From Octopus sinensis (Eukaryota), in assembly GCF_006345805.1 (NCBI RefSeq), contig NC_043008.1, positions 61,814,001 to 61,878,000 of the forward strand: a stretch of DNA of 64,000 bases, in the 5' to 3' direction. Of this stretch, positions 40,068-52,446 are shown piece after piece (position 1 is the first letter of the stretch; every line of letters starts with the position of its first letter). The translations under genes were made by a program, and so were the position numbers. The notes under the pieces are model-generated. The model saw nothing but the letters and a program-made list of their open reading frames with translations. It had not been told where the DNA came from and searched no databases.

Positions 40068-40241
40068 GAATGTATTATAAATAAACAACGACCCTGCCCC
40101 GCTTAAGCCGATCAGCTAACTGATCAACATCAACGAAGCACATGGGTGAGTTTACATATATTACATCCGGATAAATGGCAAACTTTTACGAATTGCATTT
40201 CGGGAGAGGAAAAGTTTTTTCGGAATAAAAATTTAGCAATT

Positions 40242-40273
<32 letters not shown>

Positions 40274-40299
40274 TATATACGTATATATATATGTATATA

Positions 40300-40353
<54 letters not shown>

Positions 40354-41902
40354 TGTTTGTGTGTGTGTATATATGCATACAAATGTATGCAAAGAGAAAC
40401 ACAAACATAATCCCACAGAAAAAATACACAAATACTCATACGCTACATGCAAGATGAAAGAGTGAAAAAAATGTATCACTGATAAAATATACACCATATG
40501 GTTGATCGACATATAGTAGGCAAATATAAGTAATTAATTTGCATATGGGAATGACTCCAATTACGGTAGCGTTTACTGAATTTTTCTCAGCATGCTGGTA
40601 TGAAGCCGAGCTGAATATCTAGATTAGCTCTGTAATTATGTTTCATTAAAGGCAAGAGAAATTATCGCCATTTTTTTCTCTCTTTCATATTGCTATATAT
40701 GTATTTTATAAAGTTCCTTTGATAAAGATTCGCTGCTTATGTTTTATTAATCACCAAGATATTTGAAAAGATTTTGATAATACTTTTTTTAAATATATTT
40801 CTTATGTTTTTCTTCAATTTACACATTATCAAACTCTATCATTTAATTCACTATAAAAGTACTAATTTGCTTTCTAATAACGTACACATACCTAAGTGTT
40901 TATTGCAAAATATGCACATACATGTACACACACAGAAACACACGTACATATAGATACGTACAATATGCGCATACACAGTTATGCTCATACGTACACCTAT
41001 CTGATAAACATATATTTGTGTATGTGTACATGTATGTATATATTGTATATAAATTTATGTTTGTGGGGGGTATAATGTGCGCTATTTAAGTAGAATATTT
41101 AATCTCGATGCAGTGTAGTGAAACATTAAGTGTTTTTCATTGCTATTCTTGCTACTCATATATATATATTGCTTCGCTTAGCACTTATAAAACCATAAAA
41201 TTCTGTAGAACCAGCTGTAAAATACAATCTTATGTGTTTCAGCATACTGCCAAAATTCTACAATTTGAAAGACGTAATTAAATCACCTTCATGATTAAAA
41301 ATTACTTATTGATGAAACTACAAAGATATAGAAATAGAGGAAAATAGGAACATTTTTAATATCTACTATTTAATATTCTATGTTGTTTCTGTTTGGACAT
41401 TTATTTCTCGATTATTTTGTTTCTTTCAGCTGCTGCCTCATTTTAAATTGGCTCTTTTACAGACAATTATTTCATTTGACTTTCAAGAGCTGAATTCTCA
41501 ATGTCTGTGTTTTGTTTTTATCCAGCAATATATTACCATCTACGGTGTATTTTACAGTTAGAGAACGTGCCGAAACGGTACATACTTGCTTCGAACATTT
41601 AAATCACACTTTTTAATATCTTTTCTTTTTTTTTTGTTGTTGAAAGTATTACCTAACGTTAAATTTTGCCGTAACACTCAAATAATCTTACAAAGTAAGT
41701 GCTATACTTGAATGGTTGGCTCTGAATCAACAAGAGAAGACAACTTTCATGTGGTTCCTGAACTGTAAAAAGTAGCAGCCAGTTCTTCCTCAAATCATTG
41801 TTAAATAATATATTGATATATTACCGCAATGTATATAATAATCATATATATATACATGTGTGTGTGTATAATATATATATATATATATATATGTACACGC
41901 AT

Positions 41903-42219
41903 ATACATACACACAAAAGGATATATTATTATTATCATTATTATTATTGTTATCATTATCATTATCATCATCATTATCATCACCATTATTATTATTATTA
42001 TTATTATGGAGTAAATTGATCAGTTCTGCAAGTTTGGAATATCTTCAGTCATAGGTCCGGTGTGTACAGGATGAAATGGCGAAACGACGTTTGCGATTCT
42101 TAGATATTATGTTGTTCTGCTTGTTTAGATTGCATATTCTCACTCAATTATATGTTTCAACTATATCATCCTTGCTCAGCTCTTATAACGTATTGCGAAC
42201 AAATTCTAGTTGTGGTCAG
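41903..42219 (+). repeat. Left arm of an about 315-bp inverted duplication (partner 45078-45388)
   Basis: About 210 bp of unique sequence plus the same compound (TTA/ATC) microsatellite is reverse-complementary to 45078-45388, with about 9 substitutions in the unique part. Confidence 0.95.
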
Positions 42220-43215
42220 CCAGTTTTTAGTTATATGGCACTGCATCATTGTAAGAGGTAGTAGAACAGCTCAACTGACCCAATGGCAAATCTGGAAGAT
42301 AGATGTTCATTTTGTAGCGAATCATAGGTTACGATTAGATTAAAACATATTTGTCAAGATAATTCAGCGAGCGTGGTAATCCGTTCATCTGATGGAAAAT
42401 ACGCAGGAAAGCTAGATATGAAGTAAGACATTACACAGTGAATCGAACCCGGAAGTTTGTCATTGAAAAGGAACTTCCTTATCTCTCAGTCTTATCTGTG
42501 GTATGTCTAATATAACTACGCCTACACGCTATCACTTGAATATTCAATATCTACACGTTGTATCTATCGTGTTGATATCTAAATATTTTTGTTCGAAAAC
42601 ATATTACACTCTAACTAGTCAACAGCTCGAAAGTTGTTTCTATGTAATAAAAACACAAATGAAAGTATAATAGTAAAAGTCTGAAAACAAAAAAAGATTG
42701 TTTTTTATTACTATAGTCTATTGTTTTAAAAGTATATTATGTTCTACATTTTTTTCACTGGCTTACACAACTTCTATCGGTTCAGATAAAGCATTTTACT
42801 TATTGAATATTACAGCAAAACAAATAATCTTGCAAATTCAATTATTCTATTATATTTTACAACTATAACATGAGTCTAGGAATGAATTAATGGTTAAGAC
42901 TTCAACGCAAATAATAAGAGACATTAAACAAACCAATTTGATGAAAGAGAACCGCAGTCAGTGAAGCGAATCAAACCTTGGCATCTAGCGTCGCAAACAT
43001 TGAATAGAAGTAGGCCATCTTGTTATATTGCACGTTGGTGTATATGGTCTATCACAGACACACACATATACATATATCTATATATATATATCTATATCTG
43101 TCTATATTTATATATATATTTATATATATATATATACATATATATATACATATATATTTACATATGTGCATATATATGTAAATATAATTACATACATATA
43201 TATGTATATATATAA

Positions 43216-43275
<60 letters not shown>

Positions 43276-43562
43276 CATATACAAACAGAGAGTTTAACTT
43301 GTCATGTATGCTAAGTAAACGTTTAAATAGTTATCATAAAAGGGGGTAAACTTAAAATACAATAATGGTTTCAACTGTTGGTAAAAGGCCAGCAATTTAG
43401 AAGAGACTGCCCATCTGGTACCTTTTTATTGATCATGAAGGAATCAAAAGCAAAGTCCACCACAGCAACATTTAAACTCAGGACGTGGAGAACGTAGAAG
43501 CAAAGAAAATTGTGCGAAGCAATTTATCCGTTGTGCTAATGATTTTACCTGCTCACCACATA

Positions 43563-43610
<48 letters not shown>

Positions 43611-43800
43611 GAGCCAAAATTGAAAGTGTACCATTGTTATCTAGTGAACGATATTTTGACATCTTGTCTGTCTTCAACTGGTTCAAAAGATACATTTTTC
43701 AATCAACTTCAGTTTGGTTAATATAGAAAGGATTGAGGTAACTCCTCCTGAAGATATAGAATCAAAGTTAAAAGAAGAGTGTCATTGTTATCTAATCATA

Positions 43801-43861
<61 letters not shown>

Positions 43862-44069
43862 TGATGATGACGATGATGATGATGATAGTAATAAAACATT
43901 GAGACAAACACGTAACTAAACACCAGGACTAACAAGTATATATAACATACAGAAAATAGTACTACGCTTGATCTAAGACTGCAGTTCATTTGAAAGCCTA
44001 AATAAAGAAAACATGACCTGTAAGAAAGGGCGACCACACATGTTCTCACTCAAGGAACGACTATAAATT

Positions 44070-44880
44070 CCATAATCGCAGTGCATTGTTGGCTACGGCA
44101 TACCCAGTCTTCTAGGCAGTGGATACCGACGTTAAATGGACCGTCAGGCTAGCGGGAGGCGTCCACTGTAGTATAAGGATAATACAAGAGCTCTAAATTA
44201 GACAGCCATGAAGCGAGACAAGGCACAACAAGCAGGCCATTGGAACTGATGTAGACAATCGCTTCTTCTGCTCTTCCTTCAGGAATAGTTACCTGACAGT
44301 TTTTTTCGGGGTGGGGAAGACTACCCGCTCTAATAGTCAGTTCTTCCCACTTCGGTACCAACTGGATATCCAGGCCGTACCGTCCCCTAAGTAATTTAAT
44401 CGGTCCATCCTTCAAATGTCCTACAACGCTGACCAATTGCAAGGAAGTACCTTGCCATGTGAGGAGCTGCAAACCCATCAACCCCTTGTTATATTTTTCT
44501 CTGGTCACAACCTCGTAACATCTTATGGTAGTGCCGACCACCATAGTGAGTTGGATATCCGACACAATTACATTGAACACATCTGCAAAAGCAAACATGA
44601 ATCTTCCATATTCTAGTTTTAGCTGGTTGTTCCTTGATGCCTTCATTTTCTGAAACAGTAAGTACGTAAGTTGATAGAAGGAACATCTTTAATCAGTTGA
44701 TCACATGATACACAAAGAATCCAAGCCATGGCCATTTACTCTAACCACTAAAACATTTCGCGGTATATTGCCGCAATCCACCTCTGAGAACGGGGCCGAA
44801 ACCAGCTGTTTAAAACCTTCACCTGATCTAAACAGATCAGTGTCAAGCATATGGCAGATACTTCATTCACAATTATCATG
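44070..44880 (-). mobile_element. Decayed L1/Tx1-like reverse transcriptase fragment
   Basis: Frames read LICLDQVK, RWIAAIY, VVRVNGH, FAFADVFNVIVSD (decayed YADD motif) and VVGHLKDGPIKLLRG...KWEELT...VVPCLASWLSNLE, in the colinear order expected for Tx1-type RT. Multiple stops and frameshifts are present. Confidence 0.75.
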
Positions 44881-45077
44881 ATGTATTAGATAAATGCAGA
44901 TCTTGTCGTCGATCCATGCACTTGATGTGGCGCATATCTGGGCCTCATCGACGACAAGCACTAAAATTCTTGGCTCAAACCTTGAACTCTGTGTTTAAGA
45001 GAGTTATGAATCTGAAACTTAAAAATCTACTCTCACTTGTTTGGATCAATTCTCAAACTCATCACAATACCTACCTT

Positions 45078-45388
45078 CTGACCACAACTAGAATTTGTTC
45101 GCAATACGTTATAAGAGCTGAGCAGGGATAATATAGTTGAAACATATAATTGAGTGAGAATATGCAATATAAACAAGCAGAACAACAGAATATATAAGAA
45201 TCGCAAACGACGTTTCGCCACTTCATCCTGTACACACCGGACCTATGACTGAAGATATTCCAAACTTGCAGAACTGATCAATTTTCTTCATAATAATAAT
45301 AATAATAATAATAATGGTGATGATGATAATGATAATGATAACAATAATAATAATGATAATAATAATATGTCCTTTTGTGTGTATGTAT
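45078..45388 (-). repeat. Right arm of the inverted duplication
   Basis: Reverse complement of 41903-42219. Confidence 0.95.
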
Positions 45389-45429
45389 TTTTATGCTTTA
45401 TTATCTGTTGCAGAAGACATCTGCCAAGA

Positions 45430-45860
45430 GGTCATCGTAGAGGTCCAGCATATGAAGCTAAAGTTCGTTAGACAGAACACCTACATTCAGCGACTTCTCC
45501 CTCATGCAGTGAAACATCGATTCCCTTATTTCGTCAGCTACTGTCTTCCATGTCTTCCATGAACTCTGTATCTCCAGCCCCTAATTGTGTCAGCCAATCG
45601 AGGAAGGCGAAAAGTCCACAACAACCTCTGGTCTACCATCCGTCCCAATTGAAGTCATATTCAAAAGCCGCTGAAAGCACGCATCCCTTCTAATCTGAGA
45701 AGTAAATCAATTGTACCTATGTTGCCAGGTTTTGCTTCTTCCACCCAAAGCTTATCGAAAGTCTATCATCCAATCTGTAATAAAACTATCTTTGTACGAT
45801 GTGATGAAAACTTAGTCACTGGTCAATCTTACTGCCGTCAGCAGCTGTGTCTTTTCTCTT
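45430..45860 (-). mobile_element. Possible highly decayed RTE-like LINE 3' fragment
   Basis: Only weak motif resemblance in broken frames (LLQIG**, EEAKPGNIGTIDLLLR, MEDSS, GEVAECRCSV). Confidence 0.25.
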
Positions 45861-46135
45861 ATTCACGTTCACAATCTGTTTCGCCCGTGTCAGTTGTGCA
45901 TAATTGGGATGTTGAGAGAGCAAAAAATACTGAGTTCATTTCAATGTCATCCCAGCAAACGGTTGAATGCCCTTTATCTCGACCTCAACATTTACCTTGT
46001 CAGATCGTTATTTTTGTTGTTGTTGCATTTGTTTTTACCCCCGCTTTTGATACTACTATTGTTGACAGCGACCCTGCCGCTGCTGCTGTTGCAACTACTT
46101 CCGTAGTTGTATTATCATTATCACTGATGCTGTAA

Positions 46136-46552
46136 GGCGGCGAGCTGGCAGAAACGTTAGCACGCCGGGCGAAATACTGAGCGGTATTTCGTCTGCCGTT
46201 ACGTTCTGAGTTCGAATTCCGCCGAGGTCAACTTTGCCTTTCATCCTTTCGGGGTCGATTAAATAAGTACCAATTACGTACTGGGGTCGATATAATCGAC
46301 TTAATCCGTTTGTCTGTCCTTGTTTGTCCTCTCTGTGTTTGGCCCCGTGTGGGTAGTAAATAAATAGATATTTCTACTGTCTTTACGATCTGACTTCAAA
46401 TTCCGCCGACGTCGACTTTGCCTTTCTTCCTTTCGGGGTCGATAAATTAAGTACCAGTTGCGTACTGGGCTCGATGTAATCGACCTAATCCCTTTGTCTG
46501 TTGTTGTTTGTCCCCACTATGTTTAGCCCCCTGTCGGCAATAAAGAAATAAA
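46136..46552 (+). mobile_element. SINE family B full copy followed by a 5'-truncated tandem copy
   Basis: 46136-46369 is complete; 46370-46552 repeats the body from ttcaaattccgccga onward. Confidence 0.92.
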
Positions 46553-47920
46553 TACCCCCCCCCCATAAATACATTTATATCATATAAAAAAGAAAATTTG
46601 AGAAATTATCAATTTTTTACAACCCCACTCCCTGTCACCGATTGTTTCTGTTTAGAAATTAAAATATTGGAGAGCCTGAGAAATTCTTTGCTGACACTTA
46701 CCCACATTGACTTGAAAAATATATTACGGATATGCACTTGCATAGAAAGTGACATGACCTGAGATCGTGTTCTGAAACAAAAACATTTGCAGTGTGGAAT
46801 ATATTGTAAGCCATTCAATAACACACAAATAGCGTGGGTTTCACTTCAACATTAAAACTTCATTTGTGTCAAAATATTTTTGTCACTTTCAAACCGCGAC
46901 TTGTTCACTGACAAAACTTCACAAAAGTGATGCAGTACAAAGTTTTGTCACTGAACAGCCATACACATATCACACACACACCACATACACACGCGCGCAG
47001 GCACGCACGTACGTACAAACGCACACGCACACACATTCTTTTCCTTTCATTTATGTGTATGTGTATCTATGTGTGTGCGCGAGTGCTTATTGGTGTGTGT
47101 GTGTGTGTGTTGGTATATGTGTCATTGTTGAAGTTGTGTTTGGAAACTGAACAAGGTTCATGTTCCGAGTACTTGGTAACTTTTTTGTGTATTCCTCCTC
47201 GTCTTCTAATAATAATTACCCGACTTTCTAGGCTCTTCTCACAGCTATCCCGCGTTCAAAAATTATACGGGTATTTAAAAATAAAATCATTCAATATATA
47301 TAATGCTTCTACAGTACGTATACACTAATAGCGAATTAAAACTTAAAAGAGAAAATGAGAGACTTTACAAATGAGAATGGAATACTCCGCAGTGAATGCA
47401 ATGAATATTTATAATTTGAGATGAACTAGACGCAGTGAATATTTAAATTTGTGTTCAAAAATTGGAGTTCAAAAAGTTCATTGAACCTTAGAAAACGAAA
47501 TTTTAGGAATTGTCTTAGAACAGTCAGTTATGAAAGTATTTTCAAATGGCTAACCATGTGAGTACTTTTAGTAATTGTTACATACCTAATTAATTAGCAG
47601 CTTCCTTCATTATAGTATAGGTTGTTGTTTTTGTTGCTATTATTATTATCATCATCATCATCATCTATATTAAAATCATCATCATCATCATCATCATCAT
47701 CGCCGTTACTATTATTATTATTATTGTTTTTTTCCTTCTTCAAATTTTCTTCCATTTCTCGCCGAGTATTTTCCGTACACCTAGGGCAGAGAAGCTCATT
47801 GTATGCATTCCCAGATTACACACACAAATTCATAGGTAAAATATGTATTTAAAAAAATTAACAAATAAATAAATTCATGAATGGATGTTGCTTTCTATTA
47901 TTATTATTATTATTATTATT

Positions 47921-48448
47921 GAGTGAGAGAGCAATTCATGCCATCAAAGTGACACTGGGGTAAAATATACGAAGCCCAATATACCCATCATGACTACCCG
48001 TCTGATAAGGGTACACCAGGCACATGCATCACAACCATATGTGCGCGACATGATGATCTCATATCAAGATAAACAGCACATGACCTTGCAGGTGGGGCCC
48101 AGTTAGAATTTTCTTCAGGTTGAGTAGCCCATCCCGCTCAAAAGGTCCCTGAATAAGGGTTGTTTAAGGATGTTGAAAGAACCACCCATGTTTCCAGAGG
48201 TGAATTATTCAAACCCCAAAGAATCCCTCTCAACACATGGCTATGATGCTCCCCCACTACTTCTGCTCATGATCAGAGATGCACATATCGTCAGCCACTC
48301 AGGGACATGCTCAACTGGTTAAGGTCAAACAACTGACAAGCAAATCTGTGGTATTGAGCAGAATATTTGCTGTAGCCCATCTTTTATACCAAGACAAAAC
48401 AATGTACATAACACTTCCAATCAGTTAAGATCAGAAGCCATGAGAGCC
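47921..48448 (-). mobile_element. 528-bp non-coding interspersed element embedded in a (TTA)n/(AAT)n tract
   Basis: Unique sequence of higher GC content with sharp boundaries, flanked on both sides by (TTA)n. On the minus strand it ends in (AAT)n like a retroposon tail. Strand is inferred. Confidence 0.6.
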
Positions 48449-48452
48449 ACTA

Positions 48453-48505
<53 letters not shown>

Positions 48506-49159
48506 GTTGTTGTTGTTGTTGTTATTGTTGTTGTTTTTATTATTGTTATTATTATTATTATTATTATTATCATCATCATCAACATCATCATCATTATTAT
48601 TGTTGCTGTTATTATTATTATTTTTTTATTTAACTGTTTTGGTTAATAACAGACATCAATTGGCAAGACCGGTATAAAAGGATTTTAAGAATAACATCCA
48701 AATTAAAACTACCAACTAAAAGAATAACAAGGACAGAGATTATATTTCTGCGGAGTTCACGATATTAAGAATTCGAAATGGAGAAAACAACTTGGTAACT
48801 TCTCGATTTACTCGACATAGCACCGCTACCTATCTCTCATATCATACCCCATTGCAAAGCGGCTCTTAAATGTGAGCGGATGCTTTGAATAACGTAGATA
48901 CGCTGCACTCTGCCTTACATAAAATCAGAACAGTTCCTGCCGGACATGTGTGCGTTTTTTTTGTTTGCTTTTTTCAGCGCTCAATCTATTATAAGTATCA
49001 AAAACTACAATAAAGAGGAAGACAACGATGTAAGAGTTATGAAACAATGGTTCGATATTTTAGCACAAGGCCAGCAGTGTCTGAGTGGAGGGTGAATGTG
49101 ATTGCATTGAAGCTGGCACAAGAGTGGTATCCATTCTTTCGACTCCGCAAGGAAGGGAA

Positions 49160-49250
49160 GTAGAATTTGAGCTTAGAACGTAAATATGGACGAAATACCG
49201 CTAACCGTGTTATTCGGCGTGCTATCGGTTCTGCAAGCTCAGCGACCTTC
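49160..49250 (-). mobile_element. Decayed SINE family B head
   Basis: Reverse complement reads gagcttgcagaaccgatagcacgccgaa...ttagcggtatttcgtc. Confidence 0.7.
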
Positions 49251-49316
49251 TTTAATTTTCTTATTAGTTTCAAATTTTAATATACATGGACTTTATAATC
49301 ATTCTTTAACCAGATA

Positions 49317-49714
49317 GGCGCAGGAGTTGCTATGTGGTAAGTAGATTGTTTACCAACCATATGGTTCCGGGTTCAGTCCCACTGCGTGACACTTTGGGCA
49401 AGTGTCTTCTACTATAGCCTCGGGCTGACCAAAGCCTTGTGAGTGGATTTGGTACACGGAAACTGAAAGAAGCCTGTCCTGTATATGTATATATATATAT
49501 GTGTGTTTGTTGTCTGTGTTTGTCATCCCAACATCGCTTGACAACCGATGCTGGTGTGTTCATGTCCCCGTAACTTAGCGGTTCGGCAAGAGAGACCGAT
49601 AGAATAAGTACTAGGCTTACAAAGAATAAGTCCTGGGGTCGATTTGCTCGACTAAAGGCTGTGCTCCAGCATGGCTACAGTCAAAATGACTGAAACAAGT
49701 AAAAGAGTGAAAGA
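49317..49714 (+). mobile_element. SINE family A, full length
   Basis: ggcgcaggag head through to the tgaaacaagtaaaagagtgaaag tail. Confidence 0.92.
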
Positions 49715-52197
49715 AATATATTTTGGGGATATCCTGTATACATAAGAAGGTAGATATTTACATAGCAGAAGCATACACGGCACATAATACTCTCTTTTTC
49801 TCTCTCTCGCCCCTACACGCACATATGTATATTTAATTGTGCGTATATACATATATCTGATTAGTTGCGTACATTCGCTTCATTCCGTGTGAAAGTATTC
49901 AGATTTTTTAAAGAACATTTGAAATCCAATGTTACACGAAAATATCCAGTTAAATACATACTCAAGGGGACTGACTTATTTCGACGTGATAAATGAATTT
50001 CTCTAAATACTTAGCTGAAGTAATCTTATTAGCATATATCCGAAAGAAACTATTTACTGAAACCCATAACACCTGTAAATTTAATACATGATAAAATTCT
50101 GATCTACTTTCAGTGTTTCACTTGACTAAATAACTGTCTGTCTCCAGTGAATGTAAATAATTAAGTAGCTGCGTATAATTCATGACCTACAGCTACGATG
50201 TATTCTCGAAAATGCTAAGAATTACTTAGACAGAGGTGACAGACCTTTTAGAAATCATAGCAGAAAAATAGCCTTACTTAACAGCGCTAATACTCTTCAA
50301 ATTTGGATACTTACAGAGACCCATTTAGCCTTCCCTAAAGTGTAGTTTGGTGAAGGAGGAATGAAGAACAAGCCACGATATATATTCTGTTGTCATAACG
50401 TAGAAACCTGTAATTTTCGCAGGGGATTATCCAAAACCGACAACGAAAAGAAAATTAATTTCGGCACCATTTAATACTGTAGTCTTCTGATGCGTATTCT
50501 AAGATACTGTTGCAATAAATATCGAATGGCTCTGTCAAATTTCCTGCCATTTTATAACACATCAGGCCCCATGCGTTTCCACTTCTTTATGAGGGAATGT
50601 AAATGCTATTTACAAAGAAATGTAAAAATTATTTAAAAGAACAATATTCAGAAGAAATTGAAGAATAGCGTAAGGAGACAAAACGTAGATACTTTCAAAC
50701 CTCCTAATTTATTGGGTTTTTTTTTGTTGTTTGTTTGTTTCATTCACAACCCACACGTATTTTATCATCTTGTTTGTTCAAAATCAATAGATGAAAGAAG
50801 AAACAGATCGCTGGATTCGGAAAGTTGAAATTAACTTAAATAGGAATAGATACGTCATAAACTAGAGAAATGTTTGAAATAGTTTTCAATGATGGAAAAT
50901 AAAATTCTCTCATGGAATAATCAATGGCTTTAATCAAAACAATATGGAATCATCATCGAAGATGATGCTGATGTTACTACTGATGATGATAAGGAAGAGG
51001 AGACGCATGATGATGATGATGATGATGATGAGAACTAAACAAGAATAGCAGTAACAACTGCGATAATGATAACTATATCAATACTATTGCGAGCTTATAA
51101 TTTATTTTAAATGTATTTATTGTACACTGAGTCTATTTTCTTTCTTTTTTTTTTCCATTTTTGTTTTGTTTTGTTTTCAAAGAACAATAGCGATGCAGTT
51201 TAATTTAAATATTCTATCATTATCAAATATTGAATTTTGCCATAAAATCAATGTTTTAGTTGAATAATCAATCAACGCTGATTGATTTAGTAATTTAAAC
51301 AAAGGTGAGTTATTGATTGGATTAATTATGAATGAAACAAGTTCCTGTTTAAATAAACTACTCTTGAAATATGAAATAAACAACAACAGCACATGGAAGT
51401 CAAACACAAATGTTGCAAAACTTAGAAACTCTGCATTGAGTTGAATCTGATTTACTTTCTTTTCAGCTTCAAAATGTATTAAAAGTATTTGACGGCTATA
51501 ACTTAAATGATACTGCATACTACGAATGACTTGATTCACACAAAGATATACCATGTAGTGAAAGTGAACCCGTAACCACGTCTGCGCCTCTATTTTAAAA
51601 TTATAAGAAGAATAATTTTATAAATGGCTATATTCTTAATTCAATAGAACGGTCATTTTTCAATGATATAGCAAAGAAGAAAGATCAGTGCCCTTAAATT
51701 TTACAAGTTTTCCAAAACAAATTATGGAGAGGAAGGAAAACAACAGTAAAAGCATGACCCAGCACGAAGGCTGATAAAAAGTGTGTACTCCGCTAAAGAA
51801 ACTAAAAATTCGATGGTGCTATTAGTTCGTCTATCACTGAAAAATCGTTCTTTAAGTCGATAAATTTCCAAATATACTAAGATTCTTTAAATACTACAAT
51901 AAATATATATGTACGGATAATCCATACGGTGTGTTTTCAAAACAGAAATCAAAGAGCAGGAAAATATATTTTATTTCATCTTTTGCTTGTTTTAGTTATT
52001 GGACTGTGGTGATCTTGGGACACAATCGTAAAGGGTGTAGTGAAATCGAGCCCATATCCATTTTCTAAGTGTGATATGTATACTACCGGTGTCTCTTGCC
52101 GAAAGGCTAATTTATACAATACAATACAATACATACATACATACATACATACATACATACATACATACATAAATACATAAATACATACAGGCATATA

Positions 52198-52231
<34 letters not shown>

Positions 52232-52385
52232 GATATGTACATACACAAACACGTATATATATATGCAACTACACGCTAGAAATAGACACCAAAAGACTCT
52301 AAAAACCACTTCAAATTACATTACATTAGCCGAAGGCTGAAACTGAGCAAATGAATAAAAGAGATTAAGTAAAATTTTGAGGTTA

Positions 52386-52446
52386 ATTCTAGATCGTCCG
52401 ATTTCTGGTTTAGTAATACAAATTACTTTACTGTCATCAGTAGAAT
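52386..52446 (-). ncRNA. Type I hammerhead with intact core and a damaged base of stem II
   Basis: Reads AUUCUA-CUGAUGA-[CAGUAA AGUAAU UUGU AUUACU AAACCA]-GAAA-UCG GA CGA-UC-UAGAAU. Stem I is a perfect 6 bp, stem III is paired, and the site is AUC. The first two stem II pairs are C.A and A.C mismatches. Confidence 0.65.

Larger units (their letters stand above)
39409..40240 (-). mobile_element. Retrozyme-like element: 355-bp direct repeats around a 121-bp spacer, with one hammerhead per repeat
   Basis: 39409-39764 is nearly identical to 39886-40240 (period 477-478). The element has no ORF and is bounded by (TA)n tracts on both sides. Confidence 0.8.

Noticed and set aside
42066-42095. CAGGATGA...GAAACGACGTT hammerhead-like string in the inverted duplication
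   Set aside because: The core is wrong (CAGGAUGA) and stem II cannot form.
44780-44812. CTGAGAA-CGGGGCC-GAAAC-CAGCT-GTT
   Set aside because: It lies antisense within the Tx1 RT remnant, has G8A without compensation, and has no stem I.
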